Positions 1-13,530 of a stretch of 64,000 bases of DNA are shown one piece after another. Where the stretch lies: positions 51,584,001 to 51,648,000 of the forward strand of contig OX597826.1 of the NCBI GenBank assembly GCA_951406725.2, given 5' to 3'. A model generated the notes under the pieces. It saw only the letters and a program-made list of their open reading frames with translations, was not told where the DNA came from and did not search any database. Source of the stretch: Octopus vulgaris. Taxonomy: Eukaryota. Each line of letters begins with the position of its first letter. Within the stretch, counting starts at the first letter, position 1. A program made the position numbers and the translations under genes.

Positions 1-403
1 GTAAATTCCGCTCCAGGTCATCAATAAAAGAAAACCTGCATAGTTCAAAACCTCTAATATTTTTTTATGTACAAATACGAAGAAAGCTCTGCAAATAGAA
101 GATAACAATAAATTGAAACGTTTCAAGCGATTAAATATTGCTGAATAAAAAAGTTATTAAGTGTAATCTGTAAATATCGTTTACATTTAAGATATTTTTG
201 TACTCAGTAAGTTAGTACTGTCTCGAGTCCAAGCAATATTTAGGCGTAAGCGAAATTTAGGTTAGATAATGTATGTCTATGAAAATGCTTCAACTTCTAA
301 ATGCAAACTCACTGTAGTTGCCGCGGAGAAAGGTTTTCTTATGGTAAAACAGTTAATGTCATTTGTTAAATCTACTCTATCTAGTTTGCCTTGTTAATAT
401 ACC

Positions 404-489
404 TATGTATGTATGTATGTATGTATGTATGTATGTATGTATGTATGTATGTATGTATCTATCTATATCTCTATCTATGCATATATATA
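404..489. repeat. (TATG)n microsatellite grading into TCTA/TA
   Basis: Direct tetranucleotide periodicity; source of the MYVC ORF 391-606. Confidence 0.95.
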
Positions 490-1164
490 ACCGGCAAATT
501 TAACAAAAACTTGCAAACTGTCAAAACCGAACCCGGACAATTCGTTGCTAATTCCTCATCATTCAACGTCGAAGGCATCATAATAGTTTTGCGCCGTTAT
601 CGTTGAGACTACTCTCACATTGGAGGCGCCAGTGCAAAAAAAAAAACACTGGGAAAAACTAACGAACGTACAGGACAATGACGAAAACACACAAGAGAAA
701 CTAAAATAATCATAATAATTATACATATGCAGCAAAAAAAAACGTATGGCTCTCAGGCAGAGGAATGTGGGTATATATATATATATATACCGCTAATTCT
801 TATTTATAATCTACCTTTACGTTGCTTTATTTAGGTGAATTCACTGACCTCGCTTGTTTACGGCTAGGCGTTCAGCGGAATAGACTAGCAAGATGTAGCG
901 GTATTTTAAATTTTCGTCACAGGTGAATCTAGCTGATGAGAACGAATCAGATTTATGATAACAACCGTATTCTGGAAAGTCCAAAACTCGGGTTCGAGAT
1001 TGCCCATTCTGGGTTGTCAATTTTTATGATGTTCTACCTAGAGGAAAGACGAAAGCTGTAAAGTTCGCTGCCCGCATACATCTGTGCCAGAATATATTTC
1101 AATGAAGAATTACATAGCATAGTATCGTTTGCTATTTCCAGGAAACATTGACGCCTTGTACCTC

Positions 1165-1197
1165 TATTTCTTATACACACAGACACATATATGTATA

Positions 1198-1259
<62 letters not shown>

Positions 1260-1260
1260 G

Positions 1261-1291
<31 letters not shown>

Positions 1292-1400
1292 GATGTAGAT
1301 GTATACACACACACACACACATATATATGTATATATATTTAGATACATGTAGATGTATATGTACGTATATATATGTATATGCATTCATGCATGTGTATGT
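1165..1400. repeat. Compound (TA)n/(TAGA)n/(CA)n microsatellite
   Basis: Directly visible simple repeats. Confidence 0.95.
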
Positions 1401-2139
1401 TTCTGCTGATTGCTTGCTCCCTGTAGCCAGAAGAGTGCAATCTCTTCATTGAACCTTGCAAGACTATATGATCGCAGGTGGCTCCTCAGATAGGCTTCTG
1501 TGTCCCGGTATCACCGGTTGAGTTGTGTCCATGTATTTGAATATACCGGGTGAAAGTATCAGCTGATTTGCATATATCGATATGCATATGTAAACTATAC
1601 TGCTTCAGTGATCTTTAATGCCCTTTAGTTGTTTTGAATTAAAGAGTCAGCTACTTGTTACAGGTTATTTTGTGTAGATTAATTAGTTTGGTACTCCTAA
1701 AATATTTATATTTCTCTTTAACTACCTTTAAGACCTCTAAGTTTTTGGACTCGCGGGATATAATTTAAGGAAAATATTCAATATCATGTTTCCAACTAAT
1801 CAAAATATACTCTCAATCTTTTCAAATATAAGATCCGAACTGTAGCCGTTCCATAAAATATGAAGGCGTGTTAAAAATGTTTCTGGTGTAGATCCGTTTC
1901 CTCTTCTGTAATAAACAAAGATAAATGAAGTGAGCCATTCATGAGATCATGTCCGAAAATAAAGGTCTTAAAAGCCAATGTTCGGCCTTATAGTGGATAT
2001 TTAGCCTTGTCACATATCCATTTCTTCCATAATCACTGATAACCAAATTGATAGAGTATCAAACGGCCATCGGAGCCGGAGCCGAGTAGCAATTTGTGAC
2101 ATGTATCAAATTGAAGTTGAAATGGAGAAAAGTACAGTA

Positions 2140-2310
2140 GCAGCGTCACAACAGCAAGAAGGAAGAAGAGGAGGAGGAGAAGAAGAACAACAACAACAAC
2201 AAAAACAACAACAATAATAACAACACTAGTAAAACTAACAAAAACAACAACAGCATAATTGCAACAAGAACAACATTGAGAACAATAGCATCAGTTATAA
2301 CAACATCTTA
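2140..2310. repeat. Degenerate (AAG/GAG/AAC)n trinucleotide low-complexity tract
   Basis: Runs of GAA, GAG and CAA triplets. Confidence 0.85.
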
Positions 2311-2501
2311 ACAGTTGCTGCAATTCATCTTTATAGTAATATATGGGAGAGCATACGAGGAGTAATAGAGTGTTTGTTACTTTAAAATAGATGAAAGTCA
2401 TTTTTCAGACACCTTGAGGAGGTTAACGTCACACAATAACAATAATGTCTGTATATTCTGAGAGATAAATTATTTTAGCTATGATTTCAATGGTTCCAGG
2501 A

Positions 2502-2995
<494 letters not shown>

Positions 2996-3241
2996 AATGA
3001 TTTTTGCTTATGGATATTGAAACGATGAATATGTCTTAATGGAAGTTGGAAAATATTGCATTGTAATATGCCTTACCATTCGTTACAGACATAAAAATCA
3101 ATAGGAAATTATATTTAACATGAAATATATAATTATTCTAATGAAAAGGAATATTTGTTGCTGTTGATTTTGTGTGGCTTTATAGGCATGGGAAGCAGAC
3201 AATGCAAGTATGAGAAAACATGTCCATATCTTCGTGTAGCC

Positions 3242-3462
3242 ATATAATATATAAATATATATATTATATACATATACATATATATACATATATATATACA
3301 TATATATATATACATATATATATATATACATATATATACATATATATATGTGTATATATATATATATATATATACATATATATACATATATATATATGTG
3401 TATATATATATATATATATGCACACACACACACACAAATAGAAGCAGAGGTATATACGTATA

Positions 3463-3520
<58 letters not shown>
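3242..3520. repeat. Compound (TA)n/(CA)n microsatellite
   Basis: Directly visible. Confidence 0.95.
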
Positions 3521-3522
<2 letters not shown>

Positions 3523-5243
3523 AATATATACGCATATTTTATAAATGCATATATGCATCCCTGTATGCGTGTGTATACAATGAGAATACATACATTGAAA
3601 TTCGCTAAAATAACAAACACAGATATTTCCACCCACCCATAAACCTATCGAAAACTACGTTAGATATACACCATAAAGAATAGACATTCAGTTCACAACA
3701 ACAACAGCATCGACATCAACACTAAATCAATCATTTCAATTGCGCAAACGACAATGGCTTCAGCTGCCTTTGTGTGGTTTATAACAGAACTGCAAATGGC
3801 CGTTTCAGGATAATGGGAGACTACTGAGTACAATTATTGTAACAAGTGATGATTTATGCAATACGGGAATTTATGTAGCCATAAATAGATAACGCTACAG
3901 ATCATCCCTTATATAACGATTTTGGTTGAATTAATTCCAGTTGTTGTTATCACTATTTTTTTTTGTGCATCTAGAAATACATTTTCCAGTATGCCCTTTC
4001 TTTGGGACGCGAAAATGTGATTTAAGAGCGATTATGCTCTATTTCTTGCAGATCGAGTGACTGCATAGGTTTTGCAGCTATGTGCAGTGATGGTACTTAA
4101 AAGGTAGCATGTGTTTTTTGTAAGTTTACACTAGTGAATTCCAATATTCTCATGAGCCTTTATTTATGTAGACTTCCATGCCGTTGGTCATGCTACATGC
4201 CCATGTATTCTCCACTAAAGCTCCTATATTCTAATGAATAATAAAGCTCATCTTTTTTCAATAATATCTGAGAGCGAAAGAATAAACCTTAGACGTAATC
4301 ATGCCCTATTAAGAGCATAATAAGTAAGTGGCATGTCAGTAGGATTTATTATTTGACATTTGTAAGTGAATTACATAATTTCGAATTTTATGATGAAAAT
4401 ATTTATAAATTACAATTCTGTAATATAGAAAGACATACCCAGCTCAAATCCCCACACCTAAACTCACAGAATCTTCAGATAATGACGGTCTTATTTTTTC
4501 CATCCTTTTCAGCTATTTTCCTATCGATCAGTGATTCCCAAATTTCCTATCTTTCATCAAGTAGCGTTTTATAGAACCCCCCATTCTCATATTTCAAGAA
4601 AAAAGCAAGCATTGGATTAATTTTGATCTAACAACTATTTCTTTGTGTGTTTTAATGTCCTTTTTGTAAATATTTTCTCCCATACAATATGTATTGCTTT
4701 CTAGATGTTTGAGTATTTTATGTTAAATATTAATGGAAATTACTAAAAAAAATCCAAGGTGTTTGATAACGAAAATGTATTGAAACATGATTTTATATAA
4801 TTCAACTATATTTTCTACTCGCAGATAGCAAAATGTCCTCTTTATACTGAAATTTTTCAAAAAATATAACTATTGTACTGGTTGAAGGGTTTAACTAATT
4901 TAAATGGAAACCACACAATGACTCATTTAAGCACCTAGTGACCTATATAAATGCTTCATCACCATAGCTAGAATTCCCAGCTAAATGTCTATCAGGATCT
5001 TCAATACAACCATCCTAATCACTATCAGCTGTTTTTTATTTATTCAAAGCAATGACACTGTCTTTGCACAGTTTGGTGGTTTATCAGAAATAATAACTAG
5101 ATCTATCTCAAATCACATCCAATTATCTTTGAAAGAAAAAGAACGTTTAAGATAAAATAGTTTTAAATATGCCACGTCTAAAAAATATAAGAGCTGGTTA
5201 TGGAAGGAATTAAAACCCTCTCACCACTACCTTTGCTAAACCT

Positions 5244-5473
5244 GTTTCTTTATTGCCCACAAGGGGCTAAACATAGAGGGGACAAACAAGGACAGACAAA
5301 CGGATTAAGTCGATTACATCGACCCCAGTGTGTAACTGGTACTTAATTTATCGACCCCGAAAGGATGAAAGGCAAAGTCGACCTGGGCGGAATTTGAACT
5401 CTGAACGTAATGGCAGACGAAATACGGCTACACATTTCGCCTGGCGTGCTAACGATTCTGCCAGCTCGCCGCC
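5244..5473 (-). mobile_element. Full-length tRNA-derived SINE (family A, Meta/MESC-like central domain) with 12-bp TSD
   Basis: Minus strand reads GGCGGCGAGCTGGCAGAATCGTTAG (A box) ... GAGTTCAAATTCC (B box) ... CCTTTCATCCTTTCGGGGTCGATAAATTAAGTACCAG ... AATAAAGAAAC; flanked by TTTGCTAAACCT at 5232-5243 and 5476-5487. Domain name is from recall. Confidence 0.9.
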
Positions 5474-6494
5474 ATTTTGCTAAACCTTTGCTAAACCGTT
5501 CTACATCTATAAACACATTTCACAAATCATTCGTTGTCATGAGGCACCCTTTTGTCTATTATAGACGTCGTAGGGGTCATCGGCATCGTCATCATGATCA
5601 TGATCATGATTATCATCTATAGTCGCCAACAATCTTCTACAACATCAAGTCATACATTGGACGGACTTTGCAACAACAATGAACGACAATAACTACAACA
5701 AAAACAACAACGGTAATACAGCATAACAATAATAACACGTACTATATAAAGTACAATTATGAGAATAATAATGGCATCGTTGGCATTAAACTAGAAATAC
5801 AAGTTCATCAGAAACAAAGGCAGAAGCTGCATCAGTTATGGAGGTGATAACGAAACAAGAAAACATTTGTAATATCAGTATCTCATATGAAGGTGTGCTG
5901 AGAACAGAAATAATGATAAGTATTATTAAATCTATAATGATATCTACACGTTGAAATATTTTTCGCTGTTCAGTAGCAACCACAAACAGTTGAGTTCTTT
6001 TATTTATTTGTTGACGTGCCAAAACTTTCGCCGCACATCTGTATTTGTACAATGTTGCACTTGTGCGATGACAGATTTGACACCTGAAGAAATAAGGAAG
6101 TGTATTTAACATTTTTTCTGTGTGAAAATATCTCTTCCCCAAATATAATTGTTTCAGTTTTAATAGACAGTGAAAGTCTCTCAGCAGATATCAAAGTGTT
6201 ACAATACTTCCAACAAAAAACTAATAACATTTGTAACGTATGCAGAGGGTGATAAATTTTGTGTGAGAGGCTTCGTTGATGTTATCAAGATCAGTATTTA
6301 ATTTCTCAACACCAGAACATTAAAGGAACAAAAACAAATAATTATAGCTTGGTAGCTGATATGTGTCCTAGCTTTGTGACACCTCTATGTAAAAACCAAT
6401 GAAAGTTAATTATAAATAGCTGTGAATTTCATGAATATAGAATATGTGGCCCAGCGAGCCAATCAAAAGTCCTATACCAAATTGTTCTACCTGG

Positions 6495-6613
6495 TTGTAA
6501 TAGCAATTAATACGCACTCAAATCAAACCCTAACGTTTCAAAACAAAAAGGGCATTGTATAATGTAGTAACTAGATAGACAACATATTTTGATCATAGGT
6601 TCTAGTCGATCAG
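6495..6613 (+). repeat. Old dispersed repeat; related decayed copies near 3975-4070(-), 5085-5210(+), 14540-14665(+), 23640-23800(-)
   Basis: Shared degenerate motifs CTCAAATCAxACCC, CATTGGATAATGTAGT and TTTGATCATAGGT recur across these loci. Confidence 0.5.
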
Positions 6614-7673
6614 CTACAGATCCAGTATCCTAAGAATGGTTACAACAGCGTTTGCAGCAGAAATAACGGTTGCAGCAGTAGCAGCAGTCGAAACAGTAAA
6701 AACAACAACGGCACTAACAGTCAATGAAACAATAAGTTTTAGCGCTGCAGAATAATCGAACATCATCGACAAACAAGAACAAGAACCACCGCTATCAAAA
6801 CAAGAAATGTAACTAACATGTAACTCTAACAAACGATTTACTGTTCTTGTATTCGAATTATAGCTTGAATTATCAACACCATACCGCCAGACCCAACAGC
6901 CTGCCTCTCTTTCACACTATACACAACAGACAATCACAAACATTCGAATTGTAAAAAGAACATTAACAGTTACAACAGCTTCATAATGAAACCTGCTTGT
7001 TCCTTTGATGTTGGAGATCATTTTGCTTCGATTTTAACTTTTAATTTCGTTTTATTTGATTTATTATGCTTTTTATTTATTTATTTATGTTGCTTTATGC
7101 TTTATTTTACTATATTTTATTAAAGCTTTATCGATAATTGAACAACGACACAAGTAATTTTAGATAGTGGTAGCGTTGTTTATCGTATTTTACATGATGC
7201 ACGCAGGCATATATACATATTCATATCCAAACGCACACTCACAAATAAAAACATACTCGCCATATAAAGTCATACATTGTCTTACGTACTCAGACATACA
7301 CAACTATTCTCACGTATTCACACACATAATTTCGTATCCATATGTTTCAGTCACCTTGGAGAGTATCACGTTATCTCTCAGAATAAAATAAGTGGTACGG
7401 TGGATCGGAGAGGCTAGAGAGAGAAAGTGAAGGGCTTATAAAAATTCTGTGAAAGGTATTGACAGTAGTGGAGTAAGAAATATATAGGGGAAGAATGAGA
7501 AGAAACATAGTCAGAAAGGAGAGAGAGAGAAGGAAAGAGAGAGAGAGTGAAGAAAAAAATAGACAAGAAATAGCCACAACTACTCAAGAAAAGAATATGA
7601 AAAAAGGATGTCAGAATAGTTAGCTGAAGAAAAAAATATATATCGGTATATATGTATATAATATATACACTGA

Positions 7674-8646
7674 CCAAAATAAGGTTAAGACCGATGATGA
7701 CAGTTCTGTTCCTTCATTAATTTATTTTTAACAAAACTGTATAAAATTGTGAGGTATACTAGCCATCTCAATATGGCTAACCACTAAGGGTGGGTGTTAC
7801 TGTAGCTTGTAGCCCCAGAAGAACATCGTCTCCAGCTGGATTTAGGCACACTTTCTGTGCCCTTATGGTATTTGCAAAGTTTGCCTAAAGCCAGCTGGAG
7901 ACGATGTTCTCCTGGGGCTACAAGCTACAGTAACACCCACCCTTGGTGGTTAGCCATATTGAGATGGCTAGTATACCTCACATTGTCGTGCAGTTACTGT
8001 TTACATCTCGTTCAGAGATTTATTATTGCATGTATAAAATTATTTTACTTTTAAAAGTTTATGCAGAATTTGTTTTCTCTTTCAAATGATATAAGCGTTA
8101 TATATCTTTCTACAATTTGAATAATTTCAATGCGCAATTAATTCAACTGGTTAAAAGTTGTCGGCTATACTTTTAAGAACATGCCAACATTATTTTGTTT
8201 AAATTGAAAATTGACGGTAGAAATGCTCATCGAATAAAAATTTATTATTAGTATCTAATTCCATACCCATTATTTTCAATTACTGCCTTACAACGGCGGG
8301 ACATGGAGTTCGATAAATGAGCACAAAAATCACTTGGAATATTCTGCCGCATTTCTTCAATAAAATTATATAATTGGGACTAATTTGTTGGGTGTTTTTG
8401 CATGAACGTTTTTAGAAACACAATTCCATAAATATTCTATCAGATTCAAATCCGGGCTCTATGGAAGCCACTCAATAACCACCATATTATTGCGATCAAT
8501 GTAGAAAGATATGTAACGCTTTTATCGTTCGAAAGAGAAAAATGTACTACATAAACTGTAAAATGTAAAATAATTTTATACAGTTTTGTTTAAAATAAAT
8601 TAATGAAGGAATAGAACTGTCATCACCGGCCTTAAACTTATTTTGG
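7674..8646. mobile_element. MITE-like non-autonomous DNA transposon with ~150-bp terminal inverted repeats; left TIR interrupted
   Basis: 7674-7748 pairs with ~8572-8646 and 8031-8113 pairs with ~8501-8582 in reverse complement. Confidence 0.8.
7749..8030. mobile_element. Nested palindromic insertion (107-bp arms, 21-nt spacer, 48-nt one-sided tail) with 11-bp TSD
   Basis: 7748-7854 is the reverse complement of 7876-7982 with about 4 mismatches; TGTATAAAATT duplicated at 7738-7748 and 8031-8041. Confidence 0.85.
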
Positions 8647-8647
8647 C

Positions 8648-8805
8648 GATTCCTTTTCCTATGTTTCTGACGAAGAGCTCCGCTCGGAACGTAAAACCCT
8701 CCTTCTTCCCTTCCTTCCTGAGCGTCCAATAATACTATATTTGTTCCACGTCCTCGCGTTGTTGTGTTTTCTCTTTGTGTTTTCATGTTTGGATTAACTT
8801 TATAT
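8648..8805 (+). mobile_element. Penelope-like pseudo-LTR fragment with mutated minimal hammerhead ribozyme (8663-8697)
   Basis: GTTT-CTGACGA-A-GAGC-TCC-GCTC-GGAA-C-GTA-AAAC: hammerhead layout with GAAA changed to GGAA, then a T-rich tail. Confidence 0.65.
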
Positions 8806-11800
8806 ACACGTATGTATGTGTGTTGTTTGTGTTGGAGTGTCTGTGTGCTGTGTGAGTATCTGTTAGTTCTGCATTCTTTAACAATTATTTCACGTAAGTT
8901 ATGTTCCTCGACATTAAATACAATGATTTTTGTACGGGAATTGTCTTTATATAACCTTTATGATTTTGGAAAATTTGTGCTGATAATTAAAAATTCTAGT
9001 TGCGGTTACCTAATTCTAGTTTATTTGCCGCATGTATATGATTTGCATAGAAAAAGAATAATATTGAACCCACACATAGACGTTAAAAAATTTTTTTTTT
9101 CCAAATACAGATTGTTTGAAAAAGCGAGACTTGGCGGGGGACTTGCGTGTTATATTTTTGGGGTAGTAATGCACGCCATTACACCTGGCTCAAGCGAGAG
9201 AACGATTAATGCAGCAAGAACAAGCATTAATAATGACAGAAGCATCTAGCCTACAGTCACATCTGATTCAACAGTGTGCTCGTGGTGTTTTGCAGAGATT
9301 TTGTCGCCTACATCAGTGGAACCCCCTTGGCAGCTCTAGTGTAGTAGTGTAAGTGACCGAAATACCTACAGAGCCCGTTTCAACGCCTGATAATTCACTG
9401 ACTCCAGTATTCAGGGACGGAGTACAGATGTATCGACAGCACATGAGTGCTTGCCCTAAGATATTAACAAAAACAAATAAAGCTTCTTAAATTTACATTG
9501 TAAGAGAGTGCTAAGTGAGAATTGATGGAACATGCTAACTGAAAAAAGAATCCAGATTTAGTTTCCATTTACTGAGTACTTTGGTCTTCCCGAAACAAGG
9601 ACGTCAGGCATCTCGGCGATGACTTCGGTAATTAATACATAATTTTGATTTAATAAATACAGGAGTGGATATGAAGACGTTTGATTAAACATGTGGTTAA
9701 ATTCAGATCTTCGAGTTTGTTCTTCACTTTCCTACCTTTATTTTCACAAAAAGATATAGCAGCCAAACAGAATCAATATATGTTTTCTTTCAATAAAAGC
9801 AATCATTGAGAGTAGAATACCAATAATATTACGTTTTATATTTTATTCCTCCATATATATAATTATATTCTGATTGTTTTCCAAAATCGGATTTGTTTAA
9901 TATCTTATGTAAGAAATATTATTCATTTTCCCATTAAATTCTATTTGATATGCTTATGGGAGTTAGAAATAATATATATTTAATATGTCTGTGTATACAT
10001 ACTTTACATCATCAAATTTGAATAATAATTTCACTGGCAAGTTAGAAAGTTTCGCACACAGCTTCAATTTACAAACATTTTGTTCACTATTACTGTTTTT
10101 ATACATCAACATTTCGTCACATATATTAAATGTATTTACAGTTCTTATATTATGTGAATATACATGTCTACATTTACATTACTTCAACATGTTAAGTACT
10201 AAAAAGATATGTGAATGTTTGCACAATGCATTCCCTTGCCTGTAATGCATACTGTAACTGGCTGTCGGCATTTATAGATGACAATTTATAACTACGTAAA
10301 CACGGTAAATGTTGCCACTATTTCAACATTTAAGCATATCCATGACATAACTCTATTCCTTGCCGTATTGCTTATCTGTGTGTCTACTACACAAACATGG
10401 CTATGCATCTTTGTTGTTTCTGTATACCTTTTTTATCATTATACTATGTTGGATTCATCTTAAAATCGTATTTATCATTACAAAATCGATAGCAATCTTA
10501 ATTTAAGACATCCTTTTTTTAAAAACACATTGTGCATAACCAATCATTGTTTCACAGAATTGGGAAGACCTGAGATCAGCGCTGTAAACTAAACAAGAAT
10601 ATTCATTAGATACACTGTGCTCTCACTATTTAGAGCGATGGGTTACCTCAGCTAATATTTAGAGCTAGGTGTTGGTTGAGGACTAACTGTCATAAGCATG
10701 GTCATAAAAGAAATCGGTTGATGACATAGAGATGAAAATGTTTTAAAGCATTTAGGTGATTTTTCATATCTTTGTAATCCTATTTCATAATGTGTCTATC
10801 TACACAGCAGATATACACAATGGTACTTATAACGTTTATATTCTTATAAATGTTTTAAGTTGGCAACCGTCATTCAATATCATTATTGAACAATTAAGTA
10901 ACTGAAACTATTTTTTTAACACTGTGGCAGTTACTATTTAACAATATAATTAGGAATTTCACATTGGAAATATGAGAGTTCCAACTTGACTAAACAAGCT
11001 AGAGACGAACCATGTTTGGTCCTCAACAGAACATTTTACCTCCTTTGTTGCAAACTATAGTGTACAAACAGTATTGGAGTTAGAGTGGAGATTGAGTGTG
11101 AGTTAGTCTCAGCTCAACGGGAATATCAACTGTTACAGCATTGTTGACTCTAACTTATTGATTCAATATTCATCAATGCTTACACCTGTGGTACAGAAAC
11201 TGTAGGGCCCCAGAATGAATGTTATGTAGTGTTCCTTGTTCCAAGTTCAAATTTAGTTTGAATCAAATTAAACTTTCATCTCTACGAAATTGATAAATAA
11301 ATACCAGTACTTTGATAGACCAATTCGATTATAAACTTATTAGAAATTCTTAGAATTTTGATAAATTAAGAAATTAATATTTACTAATGTTTTATATTTT
11401 ACATAAGTGATTTGGTTAACTAGATTCTTATTTAGAGATGAGAAAAAGGTGGTTATGATGTTCATGCCATAGTCATGGTTGTAATGTCCTTGTCTCCGTT
11501 TAGCTCTAAAACGGCCTTTTTTAAGCAGACGTTATGAAACGCATTTTATCTATGAACACCATCCTATTTTTGTTTTAGATAAACATATACTGCACTTACA
11601 GAACAACTTTATTTAATCTGTCCTCCCATTCTTTTTCTAAAATATAGTAGAATATTTCTAACATATTGACGGAGGACGTAGAGGTGACCCCAATCTATAG
11701 AGAGAATACTGCGACGCATTTTAAACACCCATTGAAAGCTATTCCGCTTGCTTATGCAATTGAACTTTGTGTGAGAAAAAGGTAACTGCCTTAGAATTGC

Positions 11801-12454
11801 TTTTCTTCCCGAAAATAAACGGTTCATAATGTAAGCAAAAAATGAACCAAATATTTTAAAGGAGAAAGCATATAGAGGTTTGGCGCTCATGCAAACTCAG
11901 GCTGCAATGGAGTTTCAATTTATGTTTGAAGTCTTTGTATCTCATTTACACCATAAATTTAAGAAAATACATGAACATCACACTTCTCATTTCTCTTTAA
12001 ACTTCAATTGAGTTTATGAATAATTAAAATATAGCCATACTTACAAGAATTATAAACCCATGATAATATAGCAATATTGTTTCCGTGAGTTTTCTGTTGA
12101 AGCTTATCCACTACTATGAAAAGTAGATGAATGCGTAGGAATGTCTCAAATTCTCGATTAGAAATCTAAATCTTTCTACCATAAAACAAATCAAAGTTTA
12201 TTAGTGAAAGAAAATCAATAAAATGCAACAATTTAAAATATGTTGCATACAGATATATATATATATAAACATTTAAAATTACATGCTTCGAAAAAGGAAA
12301 TTCGATTTTGGAAACTTACAGAAGAGCCAGTCATCTTCTCCTTAGCCCTTTCCCACCCTTTGTTAGCGGATTCACGCAGTGTTAAGAAATTTTCCTAATC
12401 AATTTGATCAACGCCTCTGGTAGCGAATGTCTTCGCTTACCCAGCGCTAATCCT

Positions 12455-12590
12455 CACCACTACAACCACCACCACCACCACCACCATCATCATCATCATC
12501 CTCATCCTCCTCAACATCATGATCTTCATCATTGTCGTCGACGTAATCACCACCATGATGATGGCCATCGCCATCGTAATCGTCGTCATT
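12455..12590. repeat. (CAC/CAT/CGT)n trinucleotide tract
   Basis: Direct periodicity; source of the poly-His ORF. Confidence 0.9.
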
Positions 12591-13178
12591 ATTTAATCAA
12601 TCCCGTTGTTATTATCTGTCATTTTTGTCGTATTTAACAATATTATTTATATTTCTTTGCCTAATGTCAAATCGATGATAATTTATTTCATCTTCCACCT
12701 GAATGATATCAGACTTAATAAACCTATTCTTATAAATGTCATTATTGTTATAATTGTATTTATTTTTCTTTATCAAGATTACAAAACTAACAAATTTAGC
12801 TTTCTGTCGAGATTTAGTTAAAGTTAGCGTAATTTACATAATCTTTAGAAATTGTCAAATAATCGCAGTTTTACAACATAAAACAACGAGTATGCATTTA
12901 AGTACATCCAGTACACATGTTCAGTGTTTACATCAAAACATTTGGTGCTGGAAGGTGTTAATACATTTTTGAAAATCGATATTTGAAAAATATATTTCAC
13001 CAACTATAAACCCTTCCGGCGTTTAGTGGCAGTTTAGATAAGACAGTAGTAAATCTATAGAAGTAAATATTCATGCACATCCTCTATACAGGATGAATTT
13101 GTAATTAAACCTGCCCTACTGATACCACTCACAGTCTTATACTTCACCGAGATGTGGTAAACTATACATGCAATTTCA

Positions 13179-13328
13179 GTGTGTGTGTATGTATGTATGT
13201 ATGTAGGTATGTATGTACGTACGTATGTATGTATGTATGTATGTATGTATGTATGTATGTATGTATGTATGTATGTATGTATGTATGAATGTATGTATGT
13301 ATGTATGTATGTATGTATATATATATAT
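13179..13328. repeat. (TATG)n microsatellite
   Basis: Directly visible. Confidence 0.95.
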
Positions 13329-13530
13329 TAAAATTTCTAAGTCTCTCTAAAGGAGACTACGGCAGTAGTACTGGATATTAATAGTTATCACCAAGCTAAC
13401 ATGGCAGTCCAGAAATATAATAAGTCGTGTGTCACATAGCTAGCTAGAGGCGATGGCCTCTTGGAGCTAATCAACGGCAGCATTCGTCCTATATCTCTGA
13501 ACTGCCATATCAGCTTGGCGATAACTATTT
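13329..13530. mobile_element. Asymmetric inverted-repeat element inserted in a (TA)n tract
   Basis: 13380-13419 pairs imperfectly with 13490-13529; about 50 nt of unpaired extension on the left; TA runs on both sides. Confidence 0.65.

Noticed and set aside
926-955. CTGATGAG-AAC-GAATC as a hammerhead
   Set aside because: No GAAA, no workable stem II and no closing stem.
7890-7935. CTGGAGA...GGGGCTACAAG as a variant ribozyme core in the palindrome
   Set aside because: Both conserved core segments deviate and the stems do not fit.
9170-9490. Open stretch TPLHLAQARERL... suggesting an ankyrin exon
   Set aside because: Only a short TPLH match, an in-frame stop immediately upstream and no convincing splice acceptor.
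12404-12637. His-rich protein ORF
   Set aside because: CAC/CAT microsatellite with no ATG start or splice support.
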